Origin: Dehalococcoidia bacterium
GTDB lineage: Bacteria > Chloroflexota > Dehalococcoidia > UBA2979
Length of the DNA: 64,000 bases
Direction: 5' to 3'
Assembly: GCA_965219085.1 (NCBI GenBank)
Contig: OZ244720.1
Location: 608,001-672,000, forward strand
Shown: positions 38,823-49,300 of the stretch, one piece after another
Layout of the letters: every line of letters starts with the position of its first letter
Numbering within the stretch: position 1 is the first letter of the stretch
Program-made: the position numbers and the translations under genes
The notes under the pieces: model-generated
Databases searched by the model: none
What the model saw: the letters and a program-made list of their open reading frames with translations, nothing else
What the model was told of the DNA's origin: nothing

Positions 38823-41800
38823 ATGACGCGCATCCGTAGGCCCGGCTTCCCCGTCCTGCTCGCCGCCCTCGCCCTGGGCGGCCTCATGCTGGCCCTGTCC
38901 CCGGCTGGCGCGCCGCCGGTGGACGCGCAGCAAGGCTCCGTCCCGGACCAGCCCACGGGACTCGTCACCACGGCGGTGCACGACTCCGTTGCGCTCAGCT
39001 GGAACGATCCGGGTGATACCAGCATCACCCACTACCAGGTATTGCGGCGCGACCGCGACGTCCACGCCGCCGGCGAGTTCGTCACCATCAAGGAGAACAC
39101 GGGCTCGCCGGCGACGAGCTACACCGACACGACGGTGGCGCCGGAGCGGCGCTACACCTACCGCGTCCAGGCGGTCAACCGGCACGGCGTCTCGCAGTGG
39201 TCGAGCTTCGCCCGGGCCGACACGCCGGCCGCGCCCGCGCCGCCGCCCGAGGACGAATCCTCGCCCGCCGATTTGGCGCCCAGCGGCCTCACCGCCGAAG
39301 CAGGCGCGGATGGCGGTGTTGCCCTGACCTGGACCGCCCCCGCCGCGGATGCCGCCGCGGTCACGGGCTACGAGCTGCTGCGTGCCGCGGGCAAGGCCGA
39401 GCCGGCCAGCCTCGCGCTGACAGCGGTTACCAGCACCGCCCACACCGACACGACTGCTACCCAAGCCGGCGAGACCTACAGCTATCAGGTCAAGGCCCTG
39501 CGAGACCAGGAGCAGAGCGAGGGCTCCAACCGGGCCAGCGTCACCTTGCCTCAACACACGCCAGGGCCCGGCGACGCCCAGGCCCGGCAGACGAAGCCCG
39601 GCACGCCCACGCTTGTCGAGGTCGGCGCGGGGGATACCAAGCTCCGGGTGATCTGGAAGGCCCCGCCACCAGAGTCCGGGGCCCCGATCAACACCTACGA
39701 CCTGCGCTACATCGAGACCAGCGCGGACGAGGCGATCGAAACCAACTGGACCGTGATCGAAACCATCTGGGACCGCCTGGGGATGGCCGGCCCCTACGAA
39801 TACACCCTCACCGCGTTGACCAACGGCACCGGCTACGACGTGCAGGTCCGGGCGCGCGCCGCGTCCGGTCCGGCCGGGACCGGCGACTGGTCGAACACCC
39901 TGTCGGACACGCCCGCCGCGGTGCCCGACGCCCCCGGCGCCCCCCAGGTGACCCGCAGCGATGGCATGCTCGACTTCACCTGGAGCGCCCCGGCGGACAA
40001 CGGCACGGGCGCCATCACCTCCTACGACCTGCGCTACCGCGCGGGCTCGGGCGACTGGACCGAGATCACCGGCGTCTGGACCGAGACCGACGGCGGGGCG
40101 CTGGCGGGCAACCTGCCCAACCTGACGAACGGCGTCACCTACCGCTTGCAGGTGCGGGCGGTGAACGCGAACGGCGGCGGCCTCTGGTCGGCCGGCGCGG
40201 AGGGCGTCCCCGCGACGCTGCCCGGCGTGCCCCGGTTCGTCACAAAATGGACCTCGGGGGACGGGTACCTCGGGGTGCTCTGGAGTAGCCCGGAATCCGA
40301 CGGCGGGGCGAATGTCACGCACTACGACCTGCGCTACATCGAGACCAGCGCGAACGCGATGATCGACGGCAACTGGACCGAGAAGCTGGACGTGTCCACC
40401 CGTGCCTCCAGCTACCGCCTCACGGGCCTGACCAACCTCGTCGAGTACCGCCTGCAGTTGCGCGCGGTCAACGACGTCGGCCCCGGCCCCTGGGACACCG
40501 GATTCAAGGACACGCCGCGGAAGCCTCCCGGGCCGCCCAGTATCGATCTCGTCACGTCCGCGGACGGGAGTCTGACGATCGCCTATTCGCCGCCGCCGGT
40601 AGTGGAGGGCGCCGGCGACATCGCGTCGTACAGGTTGAGTTGGATCCGCGGCCACACGGGCGGCCTCTGGAGCGTGGCGAACGACCTCCCGACGTCGGCG
40701 CCCTTGGAATACACCATCTCCGGGCTCAACAACGGCGCCAGATACACCCTCGAACTGCGGGTGTACGACGAGTTCGGAGATTACAACGACTCGGTTCGCG
40801 CCGTTGGTATCCCGGGCGCGCCGACGTCGCCCGCGGCGCCCACCATCGACGCGTTGACCGCGAGCAGCGGCGCCTTCAGCATCACCTGGGAAGCGCCCTA
40901 TAACGGCGGCGCCGCCATCACCTCCTACGACCTGCGCTACATCCGCAACGACGCCGCCAGCAAGGCCGACGCCAACTGGACGCTGGAGGAAGAGGTCTGG
41001 AGCGCCGGCGCCCTGTGGTACGCGCTGAGCGGTCTGACCGATTGGGTCGCCTACGACGTCCAGGTCCGGGCCGAGAACTCCGTGGGCGTGGGCGCTTGGT
41101 CCGCCACCAAGACCGGCACGCCCGGAACCGCGCCCTCCGCCCCCACCATCGACGAGGTCTACTACGTCGACGACGAGTTCAGGCGGATGCTGATGGAATG
41201 GACGGCTCCCACGAGCGACGGGGGGAGCACGATCACCAACTACCACGTGCGCTTCACGTACACGGCCAGCCAGCAGTCGGAGGTCTTCGACGACTTCTGG
41301 GATCCCAGTAAAGCGCTCGGCGTTGTGCTGCCGCTGAACCCCCACGACGTCGGGGTAGAGGTGGGCTTTGAGGTGCGAGCGGTCAACGTCGCGGCAGCCG
41401 GCCCCTGGTCCGCGATGACGACGTGGACGACGCCCGGCACGCCTGACGCTCCCACCGGTGTGACGGCCGTGGCCGCGGACCGGAAGATCATCGTCACCTG
41501 GGAGGCGGCTGTCACCGGCGACGCCGCGGTCATCGCCTACGACCTGCGCTACAGATGGATCATCCCGGGATCACCGAACAAGTTCTGGACCCTCATACGC
41601 GACGTTTGGACCCCTGGCTCGGGCGAGCTCCGATACACCCGGACGGGCGTGCCCAACCACCGCGAGCACGGCGTGCAGGTTCGGGCGAGGAATCACCTCA
41701 GCTTGATCGTCAGCGGGGAGGGGTGGTCCGCCACCGTGAGAGCGACACCCGTGCCCCTGCCGACGGTGCAGGGCGACGCCGCGGTGCTGTATGAGGAGAA

Positions 41801-44800
41801 CGGCTCGGCGGCGGTGCACGATTATCACGGAGACGTGTCGGAGGGGTCGGTCAGCTGGTCGCTCTCGGGCGACGACGCCGGGGCCTTCAGCGTCAACACC
41901 GATGGCCTGCTCAGGTTCAAGGCCTCGCCCGACTACGAGGACGAGGATGACCAGAACGCCGACAACGACTACCTAGTGACGGTCGAGGCCACCGTCGAGA
42001 CCGAGACGGACAGCTACACTGGGTCGCTGGAGGTGGTGGTGACCGTCACCGACGATGACGAAGCGCCGGTCGTCAGCGGCCGGACGAGCGTGAACTACCC
42101 GGAGAACAGCACGGCAGCGGTCGCCGACTACGACGCGGAGGACCCGGAGGGCGCCGCGATCACCTGGTCGCTGGCGGGCGACGACGACGGCGCCTTCCAT
42201 ATTGACAACGGCGGTGTGCTGACCTTCAGGATGTCGCCCGACTACGAGGCGCCCCCCGCCGCGAACCGCGACAACGTCTACAACGTCACCGTGCAGGCCT
42301 CCGACGGGAACGAGACCGGCACGCGCGCCGTGACCGTCACGGTCACCAACGACGACGAGCCGCCCGTCATCAGCGGCCCGGCGACCGTCGGCTACGACGA
42401 GGGCGACACGGGGCAGGTGGCGGACTACGACGCCCCGGACCCCGAGGGCGCCACCATCGTCTGGTCGCTCTCCGGAAGCGACGCCAATGACTTCAGCATC
42501 GACGCCAACGGTGTGCTGCGCTTCAACTCGCCACCCGATTTCGAGACCGGCGGCGGCTCGTACACGGTGACGGTGCGGGCCTCGGACGGGGCCAACCCGG
42601 TGACGCAGCCGGTGACCGTGACCGTCAACAACCTGGATGAGCAGGGGACGGTCACCCTGTCGTCGGCGCAGCCGCAGGTGGGGACGTTGCTGTTCGCGAC
42701 CTTCGACGATCCCGACGGCACGACCAGCAATGAGTCGTGGACGTGGGCGCGCTCGACGGACGGGAGCAGTTGGACCGACATCAGCGCCGTACTGTCTCGC
42801 TTCTACACGCCCGTGGCCGATGACGTGGGCAACTACCTGCGGGTGACGGTGTCGTACGACGACGGGCACGGGAGCGGCAAGAACGCGCAGGAGAGCACGG
42901 ACCGACAGGTGCGGGCGGCGCCGGTCAGCAACCAAGACCCGGTGTTCTCCGAGCAGACACCCGCACGCTCCGTGATGGAGAACTCCGGGCCGGGAACGCC
43001 CGTCGGCGCGCCGGTGACCGCCGACGACCCGGACGGCGACACGCTGACCTACGCGATCTCCGGCGGCCGTACGGACCTGTTCAGCGTCGAGGGCAACGGC
43101 CAGATCCGGGTCAAGCCGGGCGCGACGCTCGACTACGAGACGGGGACGACGTCCTACTCGATCACCCTGGAGGCTGCCGACCCCTCCGACGCCGTCGCCA
43201 GCGTCGACGTCAGCATCACCATCACCGATGTCGACGAGCCGCCCGTGGCGATCAACGACGAGGCCAGGACCTCCGAGGACACGGCGTGGGAGTTCGACGT
43301 GCTCGCGAACGACGAGGACCCGGAAGACCCGAGCGGGCAGAGCCTCACCATCTCGCTGCGCCAGTCGCCCGCCAACGGCGTCGTGAAGCTCGCTGACGAC
43401 AGCAAGAAGGTCAGCTATACGCCTCGGGACAACTTCAACGGCTTCGACACGTTCACCTACCGCGCGTTCGACGGCGCCAACTACTCCGCCGACGCCACGG
43501 TCGTCGTGACCGTCCTGGCCCTGAACGACGATCCCGTGTTCCCGGCCGGCCCGTTCGACTTCTCCGTCCAGGAGGGCGCGCCGGGCGCCACCCTCGTCGG
43601 CACGCCGGTGACGGCGACCGACATCGACGGCGAGACGCTGGAGTACACGCTCACCGGTTCGCCGCACTTCGAGATCGACCTCTACAGCGGGCAGATCAGC
43701 GTCGCCCCGGGCGCCGTCCTCGATGCCGAGGACACCCACACGGTGACCGTCAGGGCCGAAGACACCGGGATCTTGTTCGACGAGGTCGACGTGACGATCA
43801 CCGTGACGGAGAGCCGCCCCGTCCGCCGCACCACCGGCGGCGGAGGCGGTGGTGGTGGTGGTGGCCCGTCGGGGCCCTCGCCGAGCGAGCTGGACTTCGA
43901 GTGGAACGTGAAGCGCGACCTCGAAGCGCTGGACGGCGGCCACGACACGCCTACCGGCGCCTGGTCGGACGGCACAACCCTCTGGGTACTCGAGAACGGA
44001 GACGGCGCCGGCGACGCCATCTACGCCTACGACCTGAACACGGGCGAACGCCTGGAGGAGCGCGAGTTCGAACTCGACGAGCGCAACCGCGCGCCGCGCG
44101 GCGTCTGGTCCGGCGGCACGGTCATCTGGGTCTCCGACAGCGGCCAGGACCGCCTCTTCGGCCATGACCTCGAGACGGGCGAGCGGCTGCCGGAGCGCGA
44201 CCTCGAGCTCGACGAGGACAACGGCGCCGCCCGCGGCATCTGGTCGGATGGCGAGAGGATGTGGGTGCTCGACGGCGGCAAGGACAGCCTCTTCGCCTAC
44301 GACCTCGGGAGCGGCGCGCTGGTGGCCGAGTACGCCCTCGACGACGCCAACGGCGACCCTCACGGGATCTGGTCGGACGGGGTGACGATCTGGGTCTCGG
44401 ACCACGGCGCGAAGCGGCTCTTCGCCTACCGCCTCGAGGATGGGGAGCTCGTACGCAACAGCGAGGAGGAGTTCACGGAGCTGAGCAAGGCCTCCAACAA
44501 CAGCCCGCGCGGCATCTGGTCGGACGGCGAGGTGATCTACGTGGCCGACGAGAGCGACGACAAGGTCTACAGCTACAACATGCCCGACGCGATCGACGCG
44601 CGCCTCGCCTCGCTGACGCTGAGCGGCATCGAGATCGGGGAGTTCTCGGGGGACCGCACGGAGTACGACGGCGTCGCCGCCGAGGGCGTGACGGAGACGA
44701 CGGTCGAGGCGGAGGCGCTGCAGCGCCGCACGACCGTCCTCATCGAGCCGGCCGACGCCGGCGGCGACGACACGAACGGCCACCAGCTGGCGCTGGAGGG

Positions 44801-45452
44801 CATCGACGCGATCACGGTCACCGTGACCTCGGCCGACGGCAGCCGCACGCGCGTCTACCGCGTGCGCCTGGGAGACCCGGACCGGCAGGCGACGCCCGAT
44901 CCCTGGACGCACTGCTTGCGCGGCGACATCGCCGAGGGCTTCAGCCTCGTCGTCTATGAGGGTGGCAGCGTCGAGGAGCTGGTCACCTGCGCGGAGAGTC
45001 GCGATGTCGTGGCCCTCTACGCGCTGCACGGCGGCGTCTACGTCTCGTACATCCTTGGAGCGCCGGGGTTCGTGAACCAACCATTCGCCGAGCTGTTCGC
45101 CGATGGTGTCCCCCCGGTCATGCCGCTGGTCGCTGGGAGCAGCGGACCGCCATCAACGGACCCGAACCTCGGCGACGGCGCCCTGTTGCCGTGGCCGGAG
45201 TGCCTGCGCGGCGAGATCGCCGCGGGCTTCAGCCTCGTCATCTACGAGGGCGGTAGCGTCGATGATCTCGTGGCCTGCGCGGAGAGCCTGGACGTCACGG
45301 CCCTCTACGCCCTGCACGACGACCAGTGGGTCTCCTACATCCTCGGAGCGCCCGAGTTCGTGAACCGCCCCTTCCGTGAGCTGTTCACCGACGGCCTTCC
45401 CCCGCTCACGCCGCTGACCGCCAGGAGCGCGGGGCCTCCCGCAGCCAACTGA
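38823..45452 (+). CDS. Giant surface protein G3: signal peptide, ~9 FN3 repeats, cadherin/Ig repeats, C-terminal cassette
   Basis: Start reassigned to ATG 38823 (MTRIRRPGFPVLLAALALGGLMLALSPAGAPPVDA|QQ), the same N-terminus as G5; YDLRYI/YDVQVRA FN3 motifs; PDYE/PDFE cadherin motifs. Confidence 0.92.
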   Translation: MTRIRRPGFPVLLAALALGGLMLALSPAGAPPVDAQQGSVPDQPTGLVTTAVHDSVALSWNDPGDTSITHYQVLRRDRDVHAAGEFVTIKENTGSPATSYTDTTVAPERRYTYRVQAVNRHGVSQWSSFARADTPAAPAPPPEDESSPADLAPSGLTAEAGADGGVALTWTAPAADAAAVTGYELLRAAGKAEPASLALTAVTSTAHTDTTATQAGETYSYQVKALRDQEQSEGSNRASVTLPQHTPGPGDAQARQTKPGTPTLVEVGAGDTKLRVIWKAPPPESGAPINTYDLRYIETSADEAIETNWTVIETIWDRLGMAGPYEYTLTALTNGTGYDVQVRARAASGPAGTGDWSNTLSDTPAAVPDAPGAPQVTRSDGMLDFTWSAPADNGTGAITSYDLRYRAGSGDWTEITGVWTETDGGALAGNLPNLTNGVTYRLQVRAVNANGGGLWSAGAEGVPATLPGVPRFVTKWTSGDGYLGVLWSSPESDGGANVTHYDLRYIETSANAMIDGNWTEKLDVSTRASSYRLTGLTNLVEYRLQLRAVNDVGPGPWDTGFKDTPRKPPGPPSIDLVTSADGSLTIAYSPPPVVEGAGDIASYRLSWIRGHTGGLWSVANDLPTSAPLEYTISGLNNGARYTLELRVYDEFGDYNDSVRAVGIPGAPTSPAAPTIDALTASSGAFSITWEAPYNGGAAITSYDLRYIRNDAASKADANWTLEEEVWSAGALWYALSGLTDWVAYDVQVRAENSVGVGAWSATKTGTPGTAPSAPTIDEVYYVDDEFRRMLMEWTAPTSDGGSTITNYHVRFTYTASQQSEVFDDFWDPSKALGVVLPLNPHDVGVEVGFEVRAVNVAAAGPWSAMTTWTTPGTPDAPTGVTAVAADRKIIVTWEAAVTGDAAVIAYDLRYRWIIPGSPNKFWTLIRDVWTPGSGELRYTRTGVPNHREHGVQVRARNHLSLIVSGEGWSATVRATPVPLPTVQGDAAVLYEENGSAAVHDYHGDVSEGSVSWSLSGDDAGAFSVNTDGLLRFKASPDYEDEDDQNADNDYLVTVEATVETETDSYTGSLEVVVTVTDDDEAPVVSGRTSVNYPENSTAAVADYDAEDPEGAAITWSLAGDDDGAFHIDNGGVLTFRMSPDYEAPPAANRDNVYNVTVQASDGNETGTRAVTVTVTNDDEPPVISGPATVGYDEGDTGQVADYDAPDPEGATIVWSLSGSDANDFSIDANGVLRFNSPPDFETGGGSYTVTVRASDGANPVTQPVTVTVNNLDEQGTVTLSSAQPQVGTLLFATFDDPDGTTSNESWTWARSTDGSSWTDISAVLSRFYTPVADDVGNYLRVTVSYDDGHGSGKNAQESTDRQVRAAPVSNQDPVFSEQTPARSVMENSGPGTPVGAPVTADDPDGDTLTYAISGGRTDLFSVEGNGQIRVKPGATLDYETGTTSYSITLEAADPSDAVASVDVSITITDVDEPPVAINDEARTSEDTAWEFDVLANDEDPEDPSGQSLTISLRQSPANGVVKLADDSKKVSYTPRDNFNGFDTFTYRAFDGANYSADATVVVTVLALNDDPVFPAGPFDFSVQEGAPGATLVGTPVTATDIDGETLEYTLTGSPHFEIDLYSGQISVAPGAVLDAEDTHTVTVRAEDTGILFDEVDVTITVTESRPVRRTTGGGGGGGGGGPSGPSPSELDFEWNVKRDLEALDGGHDTPTGAWSDGTTLWVLENGDGAGDAIYAYDLNTGERLEEREFELDERNRAPRGVWSGGTVIWVSDSGQDRLFGHDLETGERLPERDLELDEDNGAARGIWSDGERMWVLDGGKDSLFAYDLGSGALVAEYALDDANGDPHGIWSDGVTIWVSDHGAKRLFAYRLEDGELVRNSEEEFTELSKASNNSPRGIWSDGEVIYVADESDDKVYSYNMPDAIDARLASLTLSGIEIGEFSGDRTEYDGVAAEGVTETTVEAEALQRRTTVLIEPADAGGDDTNGHQLALEGIDAITVTVTSADGSRTRVYRVRLGDPDRQATPDPWTHCLRGDIAEGFSLVVYEGGSVEELVTCAESRDVVALYALHGGVYVSYILGAPGFVNQPFAELFADGVPPVMPLVAGSSGPPSTDPNLGDGALLPWPECLRGEIAAGFSLVIYEGGSVDDLVACAESLDVTALYALHDDQWVSYILGAPEFVNRPFRELFTDGLPPLTPLTARSAGPPAAN
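43835..45452 (+). repeat. Shared C-terminal cassette, copy in G3
   Basis: Propeller and beta-sandwich DNA nearly identical to G2; CLRG pair similar to G1. Confidence 0.95.
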
Positions 45453-45694
45453 TCTCCCCGCGCAACCTGCGTCTGCTGGGCGAGACGTGCGTCCGGGCCG
45501 TCGGGTTCGCCGGGCTCCGGGCCACGGGCTCGCGCTCCAGCTCGAGGGGCTCCTCGACCGTCGCGGGCGAGACGCGGACTCGGTCGAGTCGGTCTTCGCG
45601 CGGGCGCGGCAGGTCGCGGGGCAGGCGGAGACGGTGCTGGTGGGTGCGGAGTGGCGCGCACCGCAACCACAAGTCGTCGTAGTTCACGCCAACG

Positions 45695-45882
45695 GCAACG
45701 GCGCGCGACGGCAATGGCGCGGCATCTGGTCTGATGGCGGAGCGAGATCGCCGTCACCGTCCCCTCGCAGGACGCCCACCCGCACGCGCGCCGACCGGGT
45801 GCGGCTCGCGATCGCGGAGCCCCTCGCCCGACTGCCTGCCCGGTCATCGCCACAGGCTTCTGTCTCGTCGTCTACGGAGGCA
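45695..45882 (+). pseudogene. Decayed C-terminal-cassette remnant, paralogous to 23530-23706
   Basis: GGCATCTGGTCTGATGGCG..GAGATCGCCGTCACCGTCCCCTCGCAGGACG..GGCTTCTGTCTCGTCGTCTAC. Confidence 0.7.
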
Positions 45883-45892
45883 ATCTGCACTG

Positions 45893-45969
45893 TTCACGAC
45901 ACTTTCATATCTAATGATGCCCTAATTCACGCTGCATGCACTGACACCCGGCCAGTTAGCAGGAAGAAT
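45893..45969 (+). promoter_or_regulatory. Conserved promoter/direct-repeat element upstream of the G4 operon
   Basis: TTCAC 45893, TTCAT 45904, TTCAC 45926, TGCAC 45937; CTGACA 45941-46, N17, AAGAAT 45964-69. Confidence 0.75.
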
Positions 45970-46058
45970 CGAACCGTGTCCGGCTGCGGAGGCGTAGCGC
46001 CGCCCGCGACAGGAGGTCCCTGCGTGGCCGATTCCTGCGATTCCGCACGAGCCAGGCG

Positions 46059-46304
46059 ATGACGCTGCCCGGCGGGGTGCTGCTGGTGCTGGACGCCGCG
46101 TGGGAGCGGGCGCAGGTCGCTGACTTCCTCGTCCGGAACACGATCGCGCAGAGCCGCGTATCGGAGCTGGGATTCGCTCCGAACGCCTTCCTCGTGGAGA
46201 CCGATCCCGGGTTCCCGTCGCTGGACCTGGCGAACGCCCTGGCCGGTCAGGACGGGGTGCTGAGCTCGAGCCCGAGCTGGCGCAGGGAAGTGGTCGCCAC
46301 GTGA
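46059..46304 (+). CDS. Small ORF coupled to G4; putative free-standing subtilase propeptide/chaperone
   Basis: MTLPGGVLLVLDAAWERAQVADFLVRN..NAFLVETDPGFPSLDLANALAGQDGVLSSSPSWRREVVAT; GTGA overlap with G4; preceded by a 12-codon ORF from the AGGAGG RBS (GTG 46024) overlapping by ATGA. Confidence 0.6.
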   Translation: MTLPGGVLLVLDAAWERAQVADFLVRNTIAQSRVSELGFAPNAFLVETDPGFPSLDLANALAGQDGVLSSSPSWRREVVAT

Positions 46305-49300
46305 GGTGGCCGGCGCTGCTGGCTGCCTGCGTGCTCCTTGGCGTCATGGCCGCGCCCGGCCTCGCGCGCGCGCAGATGCCGCCGCCCGTCGCCGCCCCGA
46401 CCGTCGACTCGGTCACCCGCGGCGACGAGTCGCTGATCGTGCACTGGACGGCGCCCGCCGGCGTCGACGCGGCCGATATCAGCGCCTACGACCTGCGCTC
46501 GATCGAGAGCGACGCCCCGGACAAGGCCGCCGGCCTCTGGACCCCCGTGTTGGACGCCTGGAGCGCGGGCGACCTGCGCTACCTCCTCAGCGGCCTGACC
46601 AACGACACGCAGTACGACGTGCAGGTGCGCGCGGTCACGATGGATGGCGAGGGCTCTTGGTCGGCCACCGTCACCGGCACGCCTGCCGACCACAGCGGCG
46701 CGACCGCCGGCGCGACCGCGCTGGCGCTCGACTCCACGGCGACCGGCGTCATCGAGTCGGGCGACGACGAGGATTTCTTCAAGATCGTGCTGAGCAGCGC
46801 CGCCGACCTGTGGCTCTACACGACCAGCAATCTCGACAGCGTGGGCGTACTGTACGACTCCATCGGCGACGTCCTCGAATCCGACGATAACGGCTTGTGG
46901 CCGGACGGGCCGCAGGACTTCGAGATCCGCGCCGAGCTGGAAGCGGGAACCTACTATGTCAGCGTCGGCGGTAACCACTCGAAGGTCACCGGGCCGTACA
47001 CGCTGCATGCGCGAACGGCGACCGCCGCCGGCGGCTCCCTCGCCGACGCGACGGCCATCACCCTCGGGGCCCCGGCGCCGGGGCGGATCGACGCGGCGGA
47101 CGACCGGGACTTCTTCAAGATCGTGCTGACCAGCGCCGCCGATCTGTGGATCGTCTCCAGCAGCGACACTGATCTGGTCGGGAAGCTGCTCGATGCCCAC
47201 GGGGTTGTCATCGCCCAAAATGACGACAGCTACCTTTGGTTCAGCCGTGCCAACTTCGCGATCTGGCACGAGGTGGAGGCGGGCGCCTATTACATCGAGG
47301 TGCGCGCTTTTCAATCGAGGACCGGACCGTATACGCTCCACGCCCGAACGCTCACCCCACCCGGTGGCTCGATCGCCGCCGCCGCGGACATCGACCTGCT
47401 GCAAACGCCGGCGCGGCTGGACTCGGCGGCCGACGAGCACTACTTCGCCCTCACGATCGATGCCGACGAATACCTGTATATGGACGCGGTTGTCAGCCAT
47501 GCCTTATTCCGTCCCGACGACCCCGCGTCGCTGGCTGCGGAGGTCTTCGACCAGGATGGCAATCCGGTGGACATCTATCAGATCCCCCACAGCGCCTACA
47601 TCGAGGACGGGCGGTCGTCCATCAGTTTTTCGATCTTCGGCAAACTCAGCGCCGGCACGAACTACTTCAAGATCTCGTCTCCCTCTGGCAAGCCCGGACC
47701 TTACCTATTCACGATCTATGGCGATATCGCGTACACCAGATTCATCAATGAATGCATCGCCCTGGAGACCCCAGTCAGCGACCCCCTGTACGGATGTCAG
47801 TGGCACCTGCGCAACAGCGGGCAATACCCCGGAGGGGCGGAACAGGACATCAACGTCGAAGCCGCGTGGACCACGACCAAGGGCGCCGGCGTGAACGTCG
47901 CCGTGGTCGACGACGGGATGCACCTCGAGCACGAAGACCTGACGGGCAACGCCGACCCATCCCGCAACCGGAACTACTCCGCTCGCGCCGGCATATTCAA
48001 CCCCTTCGAGACCCACGGGACGCGCGTGGCCGGCCTGATCGCGGCGCGGGACAACAACATCGGCATGCGCGGCGTCGCGCCCCAGGCCACGATCTACGGC
48101 TACAACCTGTTGGCGGACTCCACGGACGCGAATACGGCGGACGCCATGTTCCGGATGGGCGAGGGGTCCACGACGGGGGACGAGGACACCGCCGTGTCCA
48201 GCAATAGCTGGGGACCACCAGGCAACTTCATCCCGCAGGCCGCACCCGCCGTCTGGGAGCTGGCCGTCCAGAAGGGGGTGACGATCGGCAACCACGGCAA
48301 GGGGGTCTTCTACGTCTTTGCCGCCGGCAACGGAGCGATCATCGACGGCGCCAATCTGAGCGAACACGCGAACTACTACGCCGTCACCGCCGTCTGTGCC
48401 GTCAACCACGACGATGTGAGAAGCGTCTACTCGGAAGTGGGCGCGAACCTGTGGGTATGCGCTCCATCCAGTGATAGTCATGATACTGGTCTGCCGTGGA
48501 TCGCGACGACCGATACCGGCCACCGCTACACGCCCAGCTTCGGGCGCACGTCCGCCGCCGCTCCCATGGTCTCCGGCGTGGCCGCGCTGCTGCGCAGCGC
48601 CAATCCCAGCCTGACCTGGCGGGACCTCAAGCTCATCCTCGCCGCGTCCGCACGCAAGAACGATGCCGACAACACGGGCTGGCAGGAGGGCGCCCTGAAG
48701 TACGGCTCTACCACAGACGACGACCGTTATTCGTTCAACCACGAGTACGGCTTTGGCGTGGTGGACGCCGGGGCCGCCGTCGCTCTGGCCGATGGCTGGA
48801 GCAACGTTCCGGCTCTGCGGGAGATCAGCGCGGAATCGGCCGACGAGGATCTGCAGATTCCCGACGCTCCGAGCCTCATGACCCCGGGCAACTCGGTCAC
48901 CAGCAGCGTGACCGTCGACCCCTATGTGGGATTTGTCGAGTTCGTCGGGATCAACGTCACGTTCGACCACACGTTCTTCCGCGATCTGGAGGTTCTGCTG
49001 ATATCCCCCTCCGGCGCCACGTCGCAGCTGACCCGCGCCTGGTCATTCGTGGGAAGAACAGTGAATTACGCCATCCGCTTCGGCTCGGCGCGGCATCTCG
49101 GCGAGAACGCCGCCGGCGAGTGGACGCTTCGCATCACGGACAAGTGGCCGGGTGGACAGGGAAAGCTCGTTGGGTGGAGCCTGACCGCCTACGGACATGG
49201 GTTCTCGCCCGGGCGCCCCGAAATCGGCATGGTGGCGCCCGGCCTCGGCGAGCTGACGGTTGACTGGAGCGCCCCCGGCGACATCGGCGGCTCGGCCGTC

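Noticed and set aside
45453-45690. Possible gene fragment after G3 (GLALQLEGLLDRRGRDADSVESVFARARQVAGQAETVLVG)
   Set aside because: Looks codon-like, but I cannot assign it to any family
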